Shown: piece after piece, positions 22,101 through 33,890 of the stretch
Position numbering within the stretch: the stretch's first letter is position 1
Layout: each line of letters starts with the position of its first letter
NCBI GenBank assembly: GCA_030704615.1
Contig: CM060731.1
Span: 81,096,001-81,160,000, forward strand
DNA: 64,000 bases
Reading direction: 5' to 3'
Origin: Takakia lepidozioides
Lineage: Eukaryota; Plantae; Bryophyta
Translations under genes and position numbers: made by a program
The notes under the pieces: model-generated
Database searches by the model: none
Seen by the model: only the letters and a program-made list of their open reading frames with translations
Told to the model about the DNA's origin: nothing

Positions 22101-22646
22101 AGATTCCCAATCAATTCCCCGCAACTCGCTTTTGAATCCAGCCATTCCTCCCATCGCCCGCAATTTTGGAATGACACTACAAATCTCTTCTTCATCAGCT
22201 TCTGCAACCACAGTAGGAAGGACTGGATTTGGAATTTCACTTATGTCATCATCGGAAGAATCCGAAAGCTCAACGATTGGAGTGGAGGACGTCTGTTCTT
22301 TTTTCACCACCACCTCCCTCTTGTCTTCAACGACCGAAGCAGCAGTCCCGGGCGTCACATATGACCCAAGGGACTTTCGCCGAGGCTCTCCAAGTACTCT
22401 GTATCGACCAGGACGCACTCTCCACTGGCTGATATGAGCCGTCTCATCACGGTTTTGGAAAGAATATTTCACCAACTTCCCTTTCAGATCGTAAACCTCT
22501 TTCTCCAAAAAGATGGAGCCATTCTGCAGCTGAAAACGGGTAGCCAAGACATGTTCCAGAACAATTGCAAATCCATTGTCAAGGACTTCCTGGGAGAACG
22601 GCACTGGTTTGTCGTCTGAGAAGAACTCCGCTTCAGAGGAAGCCAT
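19136..22646 (-). CDS. MULE transposase with GCM-like DNA-binding domain, DDE core and SWIM finger; 2 exons (22646-20634, 20521-19136), ~1132 aa
   Basis: DGHPW..C.GHL.C..C..CKFC..HFGFHNHP (GCM/WRKY-like). FDHVK, FMADSA, CLFHW, NLAETVH (D,D,CxxH,E). CTCPDF..CKH (SWIM). A phase-0 GT-AG intron joins the two ORFs. Confidence 0.9.
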
Positions 22647-23501
22647 CTTCCTTCCTCGAGTATGTTTGTACCTTGCTATCGCAGATCTAGTGTAAATCGG
22701 TTTACTGCTGTCTCCAGAACACAGTTGAAGAATGAGCAGAGCATATGGCGGAGGAAGCTCAGATAACGACTGTGCATATTCTGTTATTCATTCCAGATAT
22801 GCAGCCGTCCATTTTAATTACTTTTCTTGTGGGCCCAGTGGTCAGAGAATCCATAGGGGCAGTGTCGGCAACTGTTAAACCGTTAATCAGAACCTCATCA
22901 ATAAACCCAATAACAAAGCCGACTTCCTGGAAGCATGCCACAGGATCCGAGAATGGGATTGCAGATTAAGTAAATGTATCTATATACTACTACCAATGAT
23001 CATGCGCACCTGGAAAGTTCCAAATGTGCAACGAATGTGGGGTTTGGATAACAAGGATGACCGTGTATGATATTCCAAAATTTGTCATCAAACTCTCGTT
23101 CATTTATATTTATTTGTTTAAGACTGCGCATCAATTTCTGGGATTCGCTGTTCTTTTTAAATATTGAACCAGTTATAATTTAGAACACGCCGTTTTGTTT
23201 TGGGCGGCACACGTCAGACATCCATAACTGAATACGAACAGCTGTACACCAATTGCTGGCATGTGCACTAATATCGAAACGACTATGTGTAACGGTCACG
23301 CGGGAGGGAATCCGATGCTTCTAGAGACACGCAAGAACACAGGCAATCCCGCAAGAAATCGGGAGTCACTGCGTTTTTCTACTTTTCGCGCTTAGAGGGA
23401 GAGTGGTAGTCAAGCTGGAGAGGGTTCCTTCTAGAATACGAAAGAGAAGAAAGTCTCTTTATTTTACTTCCCTTAGAGAGAGACGCAGAGCAAGAGAGAA
23501 A

Positions 23502-26500
23502 ATGACGAGGCGTCGTTTGTTGGAGAACACAGGGCCAAGGCAGCAGGTGAACGCGGAGACTGATTCACAAGAGCAGACGGAGACTGAGGCAGCGGCTGCG
23601 ACACAGTCGGCGATAAGAGTGCGCCAGCCTGTGGAGGCAGAGATGAATCGCAGGGACACTGAAGAAGGTGGAAGCACGCGGAACGCCGAACCTGAAGAAG
23701 GTCAAGAAACCCTTGCGCAGACAGAAACTCCAGCAGATGTGAGAGGGAAGAGGAAAGCTGCAGAAGGGGATCAAAGTTCAAAACCTAAGAAGGTGCCAGT
23801 AAGTTTTATCATATAGTCTATGTGATTGCCTTTCAAGGAGTCCTTCCTCTTCCATTCTTTAGCAGGAACTACTGAATCGCGAGCGTCGTTAACGCCATTC
23901 GATTCTGCTCATGAGATTTATGTACCTATGTGTTTGAAGAGAGAGTCTGCACTTACTATTCTCCCTAAACTACACTGAATGTCGTTGCCGCCAATCAGTT
24001 GCACATATATGTCATTACACAACACCGATCCGGCAGGTTGTTATCTTTTGTGATTGTCGTTAACGCCGTTCGCTATCGCTCTCACTTTTGTTTTGAATAC
24101 GGCAGTCTCGGCTTTGCATGTGTAGATTGTGCTGAATTCTTTCACACCATTCATGGTGAGTTTCCTTGATACAGAGTGATTGTCGTTACCGCCATTCACT
24201 ATTTGCAAATCACTTAGTCAGAACTGAATGGCATCGTGCAGAAAACTGTGAGGTCGAAGCCTACAGGATCAGAGGGGAAAGGATCTGGAGATGGGGACGA
24301 GTCCGCAAAAAGCTCAGAGAATACAGATGAAGCAGATGAATCCGAAGTGCACTACCTTGACAAGGTGAAAGAACTCATGTCATTCCAGAAGGTAAACTCT
24401 CAGGAGGTTATAAGGGACATGCTCGTATCTGGAGGGCGTCTGGACATACCTCTGTGCCGGATGATATCAATGCCTGTTGTGCGTCCACCTCTTTCCCATG
24501 ACATAACAAAATTGGAGAGTGATTTTGTGCATGGATATAGACTTGGTGCACAAGTTTTTTATGTGTCACTGACGGATATAAATGGGAAAAGCACATTAGT
24601 TTCTCCAGAGATCAGTGATAACTGGGATGAGTGCTGGAAAGATGCCAATGAGGAGTTCGAGCTGGGCCTCATGATGGGAAAGAACACCCAGCAATTTTGC
24701 AACCACATGTTCTACGTCTGGGACGGCAACCACCGATTGCTGGCATGGATGGGATACATTCAGAAACACCATTCGAAAGACAAAGACAAGCATGTTGCTG
24801 TGGAGGCAATGGTTTTGGATCCAGGAAACGACATCGCTAGGCTTCTTACAGCTATGCACGACGTGAACAAGTAAGTCATCCAGGAGATTTGATTCCCTCT
24901 GTAGTGTCTTGTTGATCCTCAAAAAACAGTGTTAAGGAATGCAATGTTTTCAATGTTTTTGCAGATCGACAGAGAAATCGCATGTGACAACAAGCTTGGT
25001 TCACACACTATTCCGAATTCAGAGGATTGGTCTGATGAAGCTGGATGATTTTCGGACAGTACTACCACCCAATATCATCAAGAAGTGCGAAACAGGAAGA
25101 GCTGCAGGCACTTGGTATTCTTTGACACGAGAGGCGTTTCTGGAGTACATGTATGCGGTAAGCCCGAGTCTGTAATCTGTTTACTTTTCGAATACATGTT
25201 TAGAGTCCCTTCGGAGCTAATCACTACTTGAATGAATGCAGCAAGAACTGGCAGAGGCAGCTGAGAAGGGAAAATCCGAATATTACCGCACTACACCAGA
25301 GGAACTAAGGACATCAAAGGGTGTGGAAGCTGCAATAAAGAAGGAGTTTGAGATGCGAAGAACCAAATTGATGTCAGCCTTCGGAAAGCAGCTTAGAATA
25401 GTAGATCCTGGACTTGGTCCTGAGTTCCTTCAGCAGATCAAAACACACTATGACAAGCATGTGCATCCGGAGATGCAGCAGGAGAAATTGCACCGGCTGG
25501 CCATATCGATGGTCGACCCACAAACAAAAATAAGGTGGCTGGAGATATGGAACTCAGATCAAACAGTAAAGGACTTGAATCAGTTCCCAAAGAGCACCAT
25601 ACAGCCTGGCACAAAGGTGGAAGGAATCAGTGATTTGGTGTTTGATAACTGGCTCCACAAGGCTACATTTTGGAGTCAGGTGTGTATTCGAACATGCTGT
25701 TTCTTCTCTTCAAGTATGTGATGTGTTTCTTTTTTGCAATTCTGACAAATATACTATTTGCAGCTCGAAAAGCGCGCCGTCATTGTGCTGGATCAGACTT
25801 TGAAGGACCTGAACATTGCGATTGTTTCCCCTCCCCAAATGTCATTGGAGGCATACATAAGGAAGTGGAGAGGTCTCACCTGGAGATACTGTTTTTTCCG
25901 GGAGTTCTCCAAAGATGGTAACATTTTACGGTCCAACGACTTTGACAGTCAGGTTGGAGGAGAGTGGGCCATGATGCGAGTTGTGTACAGGTGAAATGTC
26001 ATACTTGAAACTCTACTGTTTTTTTGGGAAAAATTGTGGCTTCATATGGATTGCAATCTTAGATCCAGATTGAATGTCGTTGACGACATTCACTTCTTTG
26101 TCTGAGTCATTCTTAAGCGAGTATATGAATTCACCTGGTTAGGATCTAAGGGTGCAATTATATTGTCCCTGATTAGAATTGATAATGTCCTTGAATGGCG
26201 TTGACGACATTCACATACGGAGTTGTTGTGCGGTCCTCAAGGTTATTTAAATTTTTGTAATGTCCATAGAGGATACAATGAGGGTTGATCACTTCATTTT
26301 GCTGAATGTCAATGCAGACATTCAGTTGTTCTGCATTGTTTTTTCCTCTTGCGATGAATATGGAGGCTTCATAAGCTCTGTTTTAAGAAATCCAAAGTGA
26401 ATGTCGTTGACGACATTCACAGCTGTGTCTGTATTATTAAAAAACGACAAATTCAATTTCATGGATTGGGGAGCTAAGTAATTGGTTTCTTTTTTGTATT

Positions 26501-29138
26501 TTTGTGAATGGCGTTGACGCCATTCACATACAGTGATGTTGTGAGGTCCTCAGTGATAGGTTCGTTATGAATGTGCATTGAGTTTTCCTGGATGGTTCCT
26601 TACTCAATTTTTTTATTTCCATCCTGTGATTTTGCTTCATTTCAGTAATAATTTGGCTTCATTCTTGAATGTCGTTGACGACATTCACTTCTATGTCTGT
26701 GTCATTTCTAATCGCTTATTTGCATTCACCTGGATTAGGATGTATTTACAGTGTCATGGAATGGAATGTTCTGAATGGCGTTGACGACATTCATATCTGG
26801 AGCAGTAGTGTGGTCCTGAAAGGTCCTTGGAGCAGTTGTCAGAGCCATTTCAATCCATGTTTTATTCTTTCTGTTCTACTTGCATCTTACTCACTGAGCG
26901 CTTTTGTGGGTTGGGATTCATCTCCTTTTTTCAGGTACACGAAATATGTGCTTATGGAAGGAAATCACCTGAGCGGAATTCCCGACTATCTTGACATGTG
27001 GTCGGACCCTGCAAACGATCCAACCATGTATACTGCAGGGATATTGAAGGACTGGAGTCCTTCTCACTTCAGAGACTGTGGGTGGTACCTTGACTGCCCA
27101 CCTGAGCACACGACCTTTCAAGAACAGCATATGAAATACTTGAACAATAACGCTGAGATGCTGGCGCCTTTGACTGACGAAGAGTATCAACGAAACATAG
27201 CAACCTTGGCTGCCAAGGAGCCTGATGCTCAGGGAACGCCGCAGAAGGGAAAGAAGGCGGGCCGCAAACCAAAAGACAAGGCTGTTGATGTCATAGCCAT
27301 CTCACCAGCAAAGCCAAAGGACAAAGACAAGTCCAAAGAGAAGGAAAAGGACAAGGGGAAGGAGAATGAAAAGGAGATGGAGAGTGGGCAGGACTTTACT
27401 GCTGGAAGATATACCCGCACTCTTCAGTGCGTGTTCGATGCCAAGCCACACCCTTCCCGTTCTGATTCAGCAGGAGAGATGAAAATTGTTAATGAGGGTT
27501 GGCTTTCGATGATGCAGAGTCGAAAGAGAGGATACACTGGGGTGCCATCCCCTACCTGGGACAATATAATCTCATTCCTCAATCTGGTGAGAATTCCATT
27601 TTCTTTCCTTTTTCTCTGAATGTTTCGTTGGCAGTATTTCAGTCTCGTTCTTTGAAAACATTCTTGCCATCGTTCTTATAAAAAACATGTCTGTTGCAGG
27701 TGAGCACAGGTCCCACCTTCGTGTGCGGTGTGCAGAAAACTTATGCGGCCGACATTGTCATTCTCGACATCCCGGATGGCCAGGCTGTGCCAGAAGTTCT
27801 TCCAAAGGGCAAGACGCCAGGGTGGAACAAATTCGAGGACAACTACTGGAGTTGGGTATTCGGGTTCTGTAACAATTTCCTCTCTGATGCAGGGACACTT
27901 CTGCTTTTTCAGTCATGTGACAATGATAGTCGTCGGGCATTGGCATCATACCTCAAGTCTTCAGGGTTTGAAGTTTTGCGCACATGGAATTGTGTGAACA
28001 GCCTCTACCTTGTGAAAGGGGGTTTCCCTGGTCAGCTGGTATGCCGTCTGCCTTCTGCTTATGCTTTGATCATGAGTTTCAATTTTCTCTGCAGCTCCAC
28101 TCTAGTAGAATGTTTTATGATCGACACCGATCATCAACGATTCATGGTTTTTTGGTGTCAGAGTTCTGAATAGCCGATGTACACACTTCCACTTTAGATT
28201 GTGTTTACCACACTAACCTGCTATCTTTGGCAGACGAGGATGTTCGAGGCGATCTGCCTGCGGAGGATTCGCACATCAAAGACACCATCCTCCATCCGCA
28301 GCTTTGAGATTTCTGACCAGGGTTGTTTCGTCAACCCCCCCTATGAGCCCCATGTCGATGACATTTTGTACAACTTCATGCAGTCCAGTCAGACTCTGAA
28401 GAGACCAGATGGCACTCCCTGGAGAGGTGCAAAGGAAAAGTCACCAGCATTCATGCAAATACTGCTGGAGTCATGCAGCCACCGCTCTGCACGGGTGGTC
28501 GATCTTTCTGTGTCCACAGGTTCGTTTTCTCCCTTCCGAATTGGTTTCCTTTCAACAGTTTCATCTGCTTAAATCCCCTCCTCCAAACTGTTTATGTTCT
28601 CCTGTCTGGTGCAGGAGCAACTTACCACGCATGCAAGGCAGGCGGAAGAAGCCTTTTTGGTATGGAGGGTGATTCTGACCTCTACAACACAGTGCTCCTC
28701 CCCCTTTTGTCTGGCTCCACTTCAGGCACACAGACTGATCGGATTCATATTCGAAATGATGACGATCCCGAAGATAAGCAGGTCGACAACGACTTTTCAT
28801 GTGAGTAAGTGCTAAACCCTCTTTGGGAGTCATACTCAATTTCTCGATAACATCAAAGTTACAGTAATAACTTTTTCAGGCTGTCTTTCAGGAAAGCCAG
28901 CGGTGGATCTTCAGGAGATACAGTCATTTCTGGCGAGTCTGTTTTCGACAGCCCCCTTTCCAATTTTCTGCTCCCTGTTTATGCCGAAGCAATGGCACTT
29001 CACGCGTCCGAGTCCCTATCCCCTGACTTTTTAGTGGCCAGCCGTAGGTGTATCCAGCGTGGATCCGGTGTTCTAAAATACTTAGACTTAGATGCAGAGG
29101 AAGAGGGGATACATTGTACTGACTCTGAGTCAGACTGA
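23502..29138 (+). CDS. ParB-like domain + N4C/N6A (beta-class) DNA methyltransferase-like protein. Predicted exons 23502-23798, 24242-24870, 24965-25157, 25242-25679, 25764-25990, 26935-27586, 27700-28038, 28234-28519, 28615-28804, ~28880/28892-29138
   Basis: GT-AG introns keep the frame. VWDGNHRLLAW (DGNHR 24722-24736). DIVILDIPD at the motif IV position, then KEKSPAFMQILLESCS..RVVDLSVSTGATYHACK..GRSLFGMEGD (motifs X, I, II). Confidence 0.78.
23880..24198. repeat. Four degenerate copies of the 22-bp palindrome in intron 1
   Basis: Copies at ~23880, 23976, 24051 and 24177 (e.g. TGATTGTCGTTACCGCCATTCA). Confidence 0.75.
26071..26793. repeat. Array of seven 22-bp palindromes TGAATGTCGTTGACGACATTCA in intron 5
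   Basis: Copies start at 26071, 26192, 26303, 26398, 26505, 26666 and 26772. Confidence 0.92.
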
Positions 29139-29269
29139 ACTGTATTCTTTTAATATTCATTTTCATATTATCTGGAAACGTTGAATCCCCTTACTCTACC
29201 GTAGTTGTTCCTTTAGAACAAATAATAATCACAGAATCAACTTTCGTTTAAATTGCTATATGTATGAAT

Positions 29270-29620
29270 CCATCTCACAAACCTTCCTGACTCTTCTCAT
29301 ATCCATTGTGCATTCATCTACACTGTATTCATGCGTGCTCCATTCATGAAAGCTTCCTTTGTACAACATCCATTGTACATTCATCCTCTGTACTCTTTAA
29401 TCCACCCCACAAACCTTCCACACTCATTTCATATACTTTGTGCATTCGTCAAAAGATTTGGTCATGCATCTTCCTGTCATGAATTTTTGTCATTGCTCAA
29501 CATCCATTATACATTCATCCATTTTACTCTTATCCATCCGTCATTCATCCATCTACATAGATTTTTCAAACTCATCCATCTGTTTATCATCCAACTGTAC
29601 ATTCATCCATCATTTATTCA
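29270..29620. repeat. CATCCAT/CATTCAT-rich degenerate repeat near the MULE right end
   Basis: Many CATCCA and CATTCATC units read directly. Confidence 0.6.
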
Positions 29621-29826
29621 ATGCCTTTTATTATGTCGTCCAGCTTGTTTCCGCGGTAAAGGGTGCCAATCCGCGGGAATACACTCCACTTCTTTCTGGG
29701 TGCGTGGTGACTCGGCCTCCACGTGTGATGACGTGGACTGAGCCCCGTGACGTGGCATTTGCGCAAGGTGACGTGGCGTGAGCGCAGTCGCGCTCACGTG
29801 ACCAGGCTCACGCCGAGGCATCCCTG

Positions 29827-32800
29827 CCTTGCCTTGATGCTAGCCGCTGACAATAACACCCTAGAATTGTTCCAGCAAAACACCCAGCCCTACTTATCAC
29901 ACTAGTTCATGACTTGCGTCTGCTTCCAACAGGCATTCACCTTTTGCCTGGATTGTTCCACCATTGACTGGGGTCGGAACCGTATTCATTCCAGAGCTTC
30001 TCCACATCTCTATTATCTATTTTTCGATACTTTCCTGTTGACCACATTGGCAGTAACATGTCAAAATCACTCCAACACCACCATAGATCCACCAACGAGC
30101 TAACTTGTAGAATTCAACATGAAAATTTAGGGACAATTCTGATATCAGGGGAAAACATGGTGAAATATGTTGAAGAAGGTACCTTCATTAGCAGTGGGCC
30201 TTGTTCTATCAATTGTGCTGCTACCATGCTGTTTCCAGTTGACCATCTACCCACTTAGAATTGCAAGAAAAGAACCTAAAGTTGGAAAAGTTGAAGTTCG
30301 ATTATCAGGTGCTTACTGAGAAAGCTAAAAACGCGGATCAGCTGTTGAAAGAGGCTGAAAAGCGTGAAATGAAAGAAATTAAGGCTCGTAATCAACTGTT
30401 GGTTGAGTGAAAAAATAAAAATAAGTACTGATAAACAGCCACGTCTAGATGACGCTGATGAGCGTGTAGCGCATAATCCGCGAGTCTGGCTTGGATTTAA
30501 GGCTGAATTCGAGCAAGGCCGCAGGGCGTAGCTTTTCGCGGGCCGCGATGAAAAAAAATAATTTTTTTCGCAGGTATTTTATTTGGCCTTTGCTAAGAAC
30601 AGGGAAAGCACTGTGCCTCCAATGACTCTCCGTACCGTTTCATTCCTCCATCCTCCCGGTTCCAAGCCCCCATCATTTGTTATGCGGATAATGTGGGCGC
30701 AGCACCGGTTTCACCGCGCTCGCGGGGCAATGACCCCCGCAGCGCGAAGAAGGATGGGTGCACCTGCGCCCTGGATCATGACAAATGATTCATCTCCCCG
30801 CCGTGTACCTGATTCCAGCTTCCAGACCTAGAGCCCAGTCAGTCTGCCTGCCTCACCTCACAAAGTATCTTCACATGGCCCGCAGAAAAGACATTGTGGA
30901 TTCCCTCTCTTGATCCTCTTTCAGAAGTTGCGGTCATGGTTGAGGATGTGCCTGATTTTATCAACTGTGCCGCTGCAGCTGTTGTCTATATTTGACCATC
31001 TACCCATTTAGGTTTCTTGTAGCTATTGATCCACATGGAATCACAGGTAATCTGGAGCTTGAAGTCCGGCCCTCTTGGATGAATCTGGACCCACACTCTA
31101 TCCCTTCTCCTCCAACTATCCATGCCTCTGCACAAATCATGCATTCATCTTTGTCCTTGCTGCTAGCAGCTGACAATGACAACCTAGGAAACACCCAATC
31201 ACACTAGTTCATATGCTGAATTGGGTCTGCTACTCTCTGTCATCTACTAGGCATTCAACTTTTTGCCTCGGTTGTTCCACCATTCACTGGGGTCAACAAG
31301 ATATTCCCAAGGTGAATGCATGTCAGATTACCATATGCAAAGAGGTGCATGGTTGCATCGCCAAAGACAGCAGCTGCAGCGGCACAGTTGATAAAGTCAG
31401 GCACCTCAACCATGACCACAGCTTCTGGAAGAGGATCAAGAGAGGGAGTCCACAATGCCTCTTCTGGCACTTATGGGCATGTGAACATGCTTTGTGAGTT
31501 GAAAGAGGCTCTACTGACTTTAAACCAAGGAGTCATTTCAGCAGATTCAGATACGTATGTCTGTCTCTTAAGTGCATCAAGATGAAAGGCCTTGAAGTTA
31601 GAAAGCAGGTGCACACTCACATTATCCAAAGTGCACGCCAAATTTTTTTGTACTCAACACCCTTGTCAACATGTATGTTATGTGCGGGGCATCATGGATG
31701 CTCACCAAGTGTTCAACAGAATGCCTCAACGATCTTCCATCACGTGGAACACGATGCTTGCAGGGCACACAGCAGGGGCGTGGTATGGAGGCCTTGGAGA
31801 ATTTGGTGAGGGCACCTTCTTCTTCGACCTATTTCAGCCTGTTTTTCCCTCTCATCAGACTCGGCCCTGAATTTACATTTTGAATTGTCAAGGACAATGT
31901 GGTGAGGGCACCTTCTTCTTCGACCTATTTCAGCTTGTTTTGCCCTTTCATCAGACTCGGCCTTGAGATGCATATTGAATTCTGTAAGTTAGCTCATTGG
32001 GTGGATCTGTGGTGGTTTGGAATGACTATGACAAGTAACTGCCGATGTGGCAGCAGGAAAGTATCCAAAACAGATAACAGAGATGATGAGAAGGTGTGGA
32101 AGTCCATGGTGACATCGTCAAAGCTGGAATTGTACCAGATGTCATCCTGAACACTCCCCTGGTTGGACGTCTATGCCAAATGTGGGTGCATTAAGGATGC
32201 GAAGGGAGTTTTCAACACTATGGCTGAACCAAATATGGTGTCATGGAACGCGATGCTTGCAGGGTATGCACAGCAGGGACATGGTATGGAGGCTTTGGAG
32301 ACCTATGATCAAATGATGGGGGAAGGGGGGGCAGCTTCTGCAATAGCACAACAGCTACAATACAAGTCCAACTCTGAAGATGTCGCCATGTGGATCTCTT
32401 TCCCCTTTTCCAAAGCTGCCAGGGCAATGCTCAGATTGATATTTGGTACAATTCCAGCTTTGATGATATCCCCATGCACCTCTTTGCCCTTCTCCAGGCC
32501 AGCTGCCCGGCTTGTACAAGCATTGCGAATGCACACAAACATGATGTGTTTCCCCCATCATTTGCTCATAGGTTCCAAAGCCTCCATTCCACATCCATGC
32601 TGTTCATTTCCTGCAAGCACATCATATCGCACTCCACGACACCACATGTCGTCATAGTGTCAAACACTCCCTTTGCATCCTAGATGCACCCAAATTTTGC
32701 AAACATGTCCACCAGGGTATTGTTCAGAATGTCATCTGGTACAATTCCAGCTCTGAAGATGCCGCCATGGACCTCTTTCCCCTTTTCCAAAGCTGACAGG

Positions 32801-33294
32801 GCAGTGTTCAGATTGACATTTGGCACATTTCCAGCTTTGATGTCCCCATGCACCTATTGCCCTTCTCCAGGGCTACCAGGCTTGCACAAACATTGCAAAT
32901 GCACACAAACATGATGTGTTTCCCCCATCTTTTGCTCATAGCTCTCCAAAGCCTCCATCCCACGTCCCTCGTGCATACCCTGCAAAGCATCGCACTCCAC
33001 GACACACATCTCGTTCAGCCATGTGTCGAACTCTCCCTTTGCATCCTAGATGCACCACATTTTGCATACATGTCCACCAGGGTAGGTTCAGAATGAACAT
33101 TTGGTATAATTCCAGCTCTAAAGATGTCGCCATGGACCTCTTTCCCCTTTTCCAGAGCTGCCAGGGCAGTTGTTCATAAGACATTTGGTACAATTCCAGC
33201 TTTGATGATTACCCCATGCACCTCTTTGCCCTTGTCCAGGCTCGATGCACCCACATTTCGCATACATGTCCACCAGGGTATGGTTCAGAATGAC
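29827..33294. pseudogene. Scrambled PLS-class PPR pseudogene (fragments on both strands)
   Basis: DVYAKCGCIKDAKGVFNTMAEPNMVSWNAMLAGYAQQGHGMEALETYDQM (+). FVCIRNACTS..LEKGKEVHGDIIKAGIVPN (-). Many frameshifts. Confidence 0.88.
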
Positions 33295-33890
33295 TGTGAT
33301 GGGCTGTGATGGCTGTGTATAGGCTGTGCCCCTGTCCTGTGGGGCTTTTGTTGTGACGGGCTGTGTCAGGCTGTGACAGGCTGTGCCCAGTGGCCTTGGG
33401 GGCTGTGACAGGGCTGTGTGTGCCCTGAGGCCTGGTTGCTGGGGTTCTGTGACGGGCTGTGACAGGCTGTGCCCATGGCCTTTGGGGCTGTGATGGGCTG
33501 TGTGACAGGTCCGTTGCCTGGGCCTTGATGGGTGTGAGGTGTGAGGGGCGTGTGAGGGGCTTGTGACAGGCCGTGCCCATGGCCTTTGGGGCTGTGACGG
33601 GCTGTGTGAGGGGCTGTGACAGGCCGTGCCTGAGGCCTTTGGGGCTGGGTGAAGGTGGAGGGGCTGTGGGGGCTGTGACAGGCCGTGCCTGAGGCCTTTG
33701 AGAGGCTGTGACGGGCTGTGTGTGAGGGGCTGTGACAGGCGTGCCTGAGGCCTTTGGGGCTGTGTGACGGGCTGTGAGGGGCTGTGTGACAGGCCGTGCC
33801 TGAGGCCTTTGAGGCTGTGTGACGGGCTGCTGTGGGGCTGTGACAGGCTGTGCCCAGTGGCCTGTGGGACTGTGACGGCTGTGACCAGTG
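33295..33890 (+). repeat. GGGCTGTGAC(AGG)-based tandem array at the left end of copy 2
   Basis: Dozens of GGCTGTG(AC) units with a higher-order GGCCGTGCCTGAGGCCTTTGGGG unit. Confidence 0.9.

Larger units (their letters stand above)
18496..29826. mobile_element. Mutator-like (MULE) DNA transposon, 11.3 kb, two divergent genes
   Basis: 9-bp TSD CCTTGCCTT (18487-18495, 29827-29835). Imperfect 21-bp TIRs: CAACGACGCAATGGCGTGAGC versus revcomp CAGGGATGCCTCGGCGTGAGC. Subterminal GCGTGAGC/ACGTGGC repeats. Confidence 0.92.

Noticed and set aside
26071-26793. CRISPR-like array of palindromic repeats
   Set aside because: Eukaryotic intron, no cas genes, and the spacers are long, uneven and related to each other (degenerate tandem duplication).
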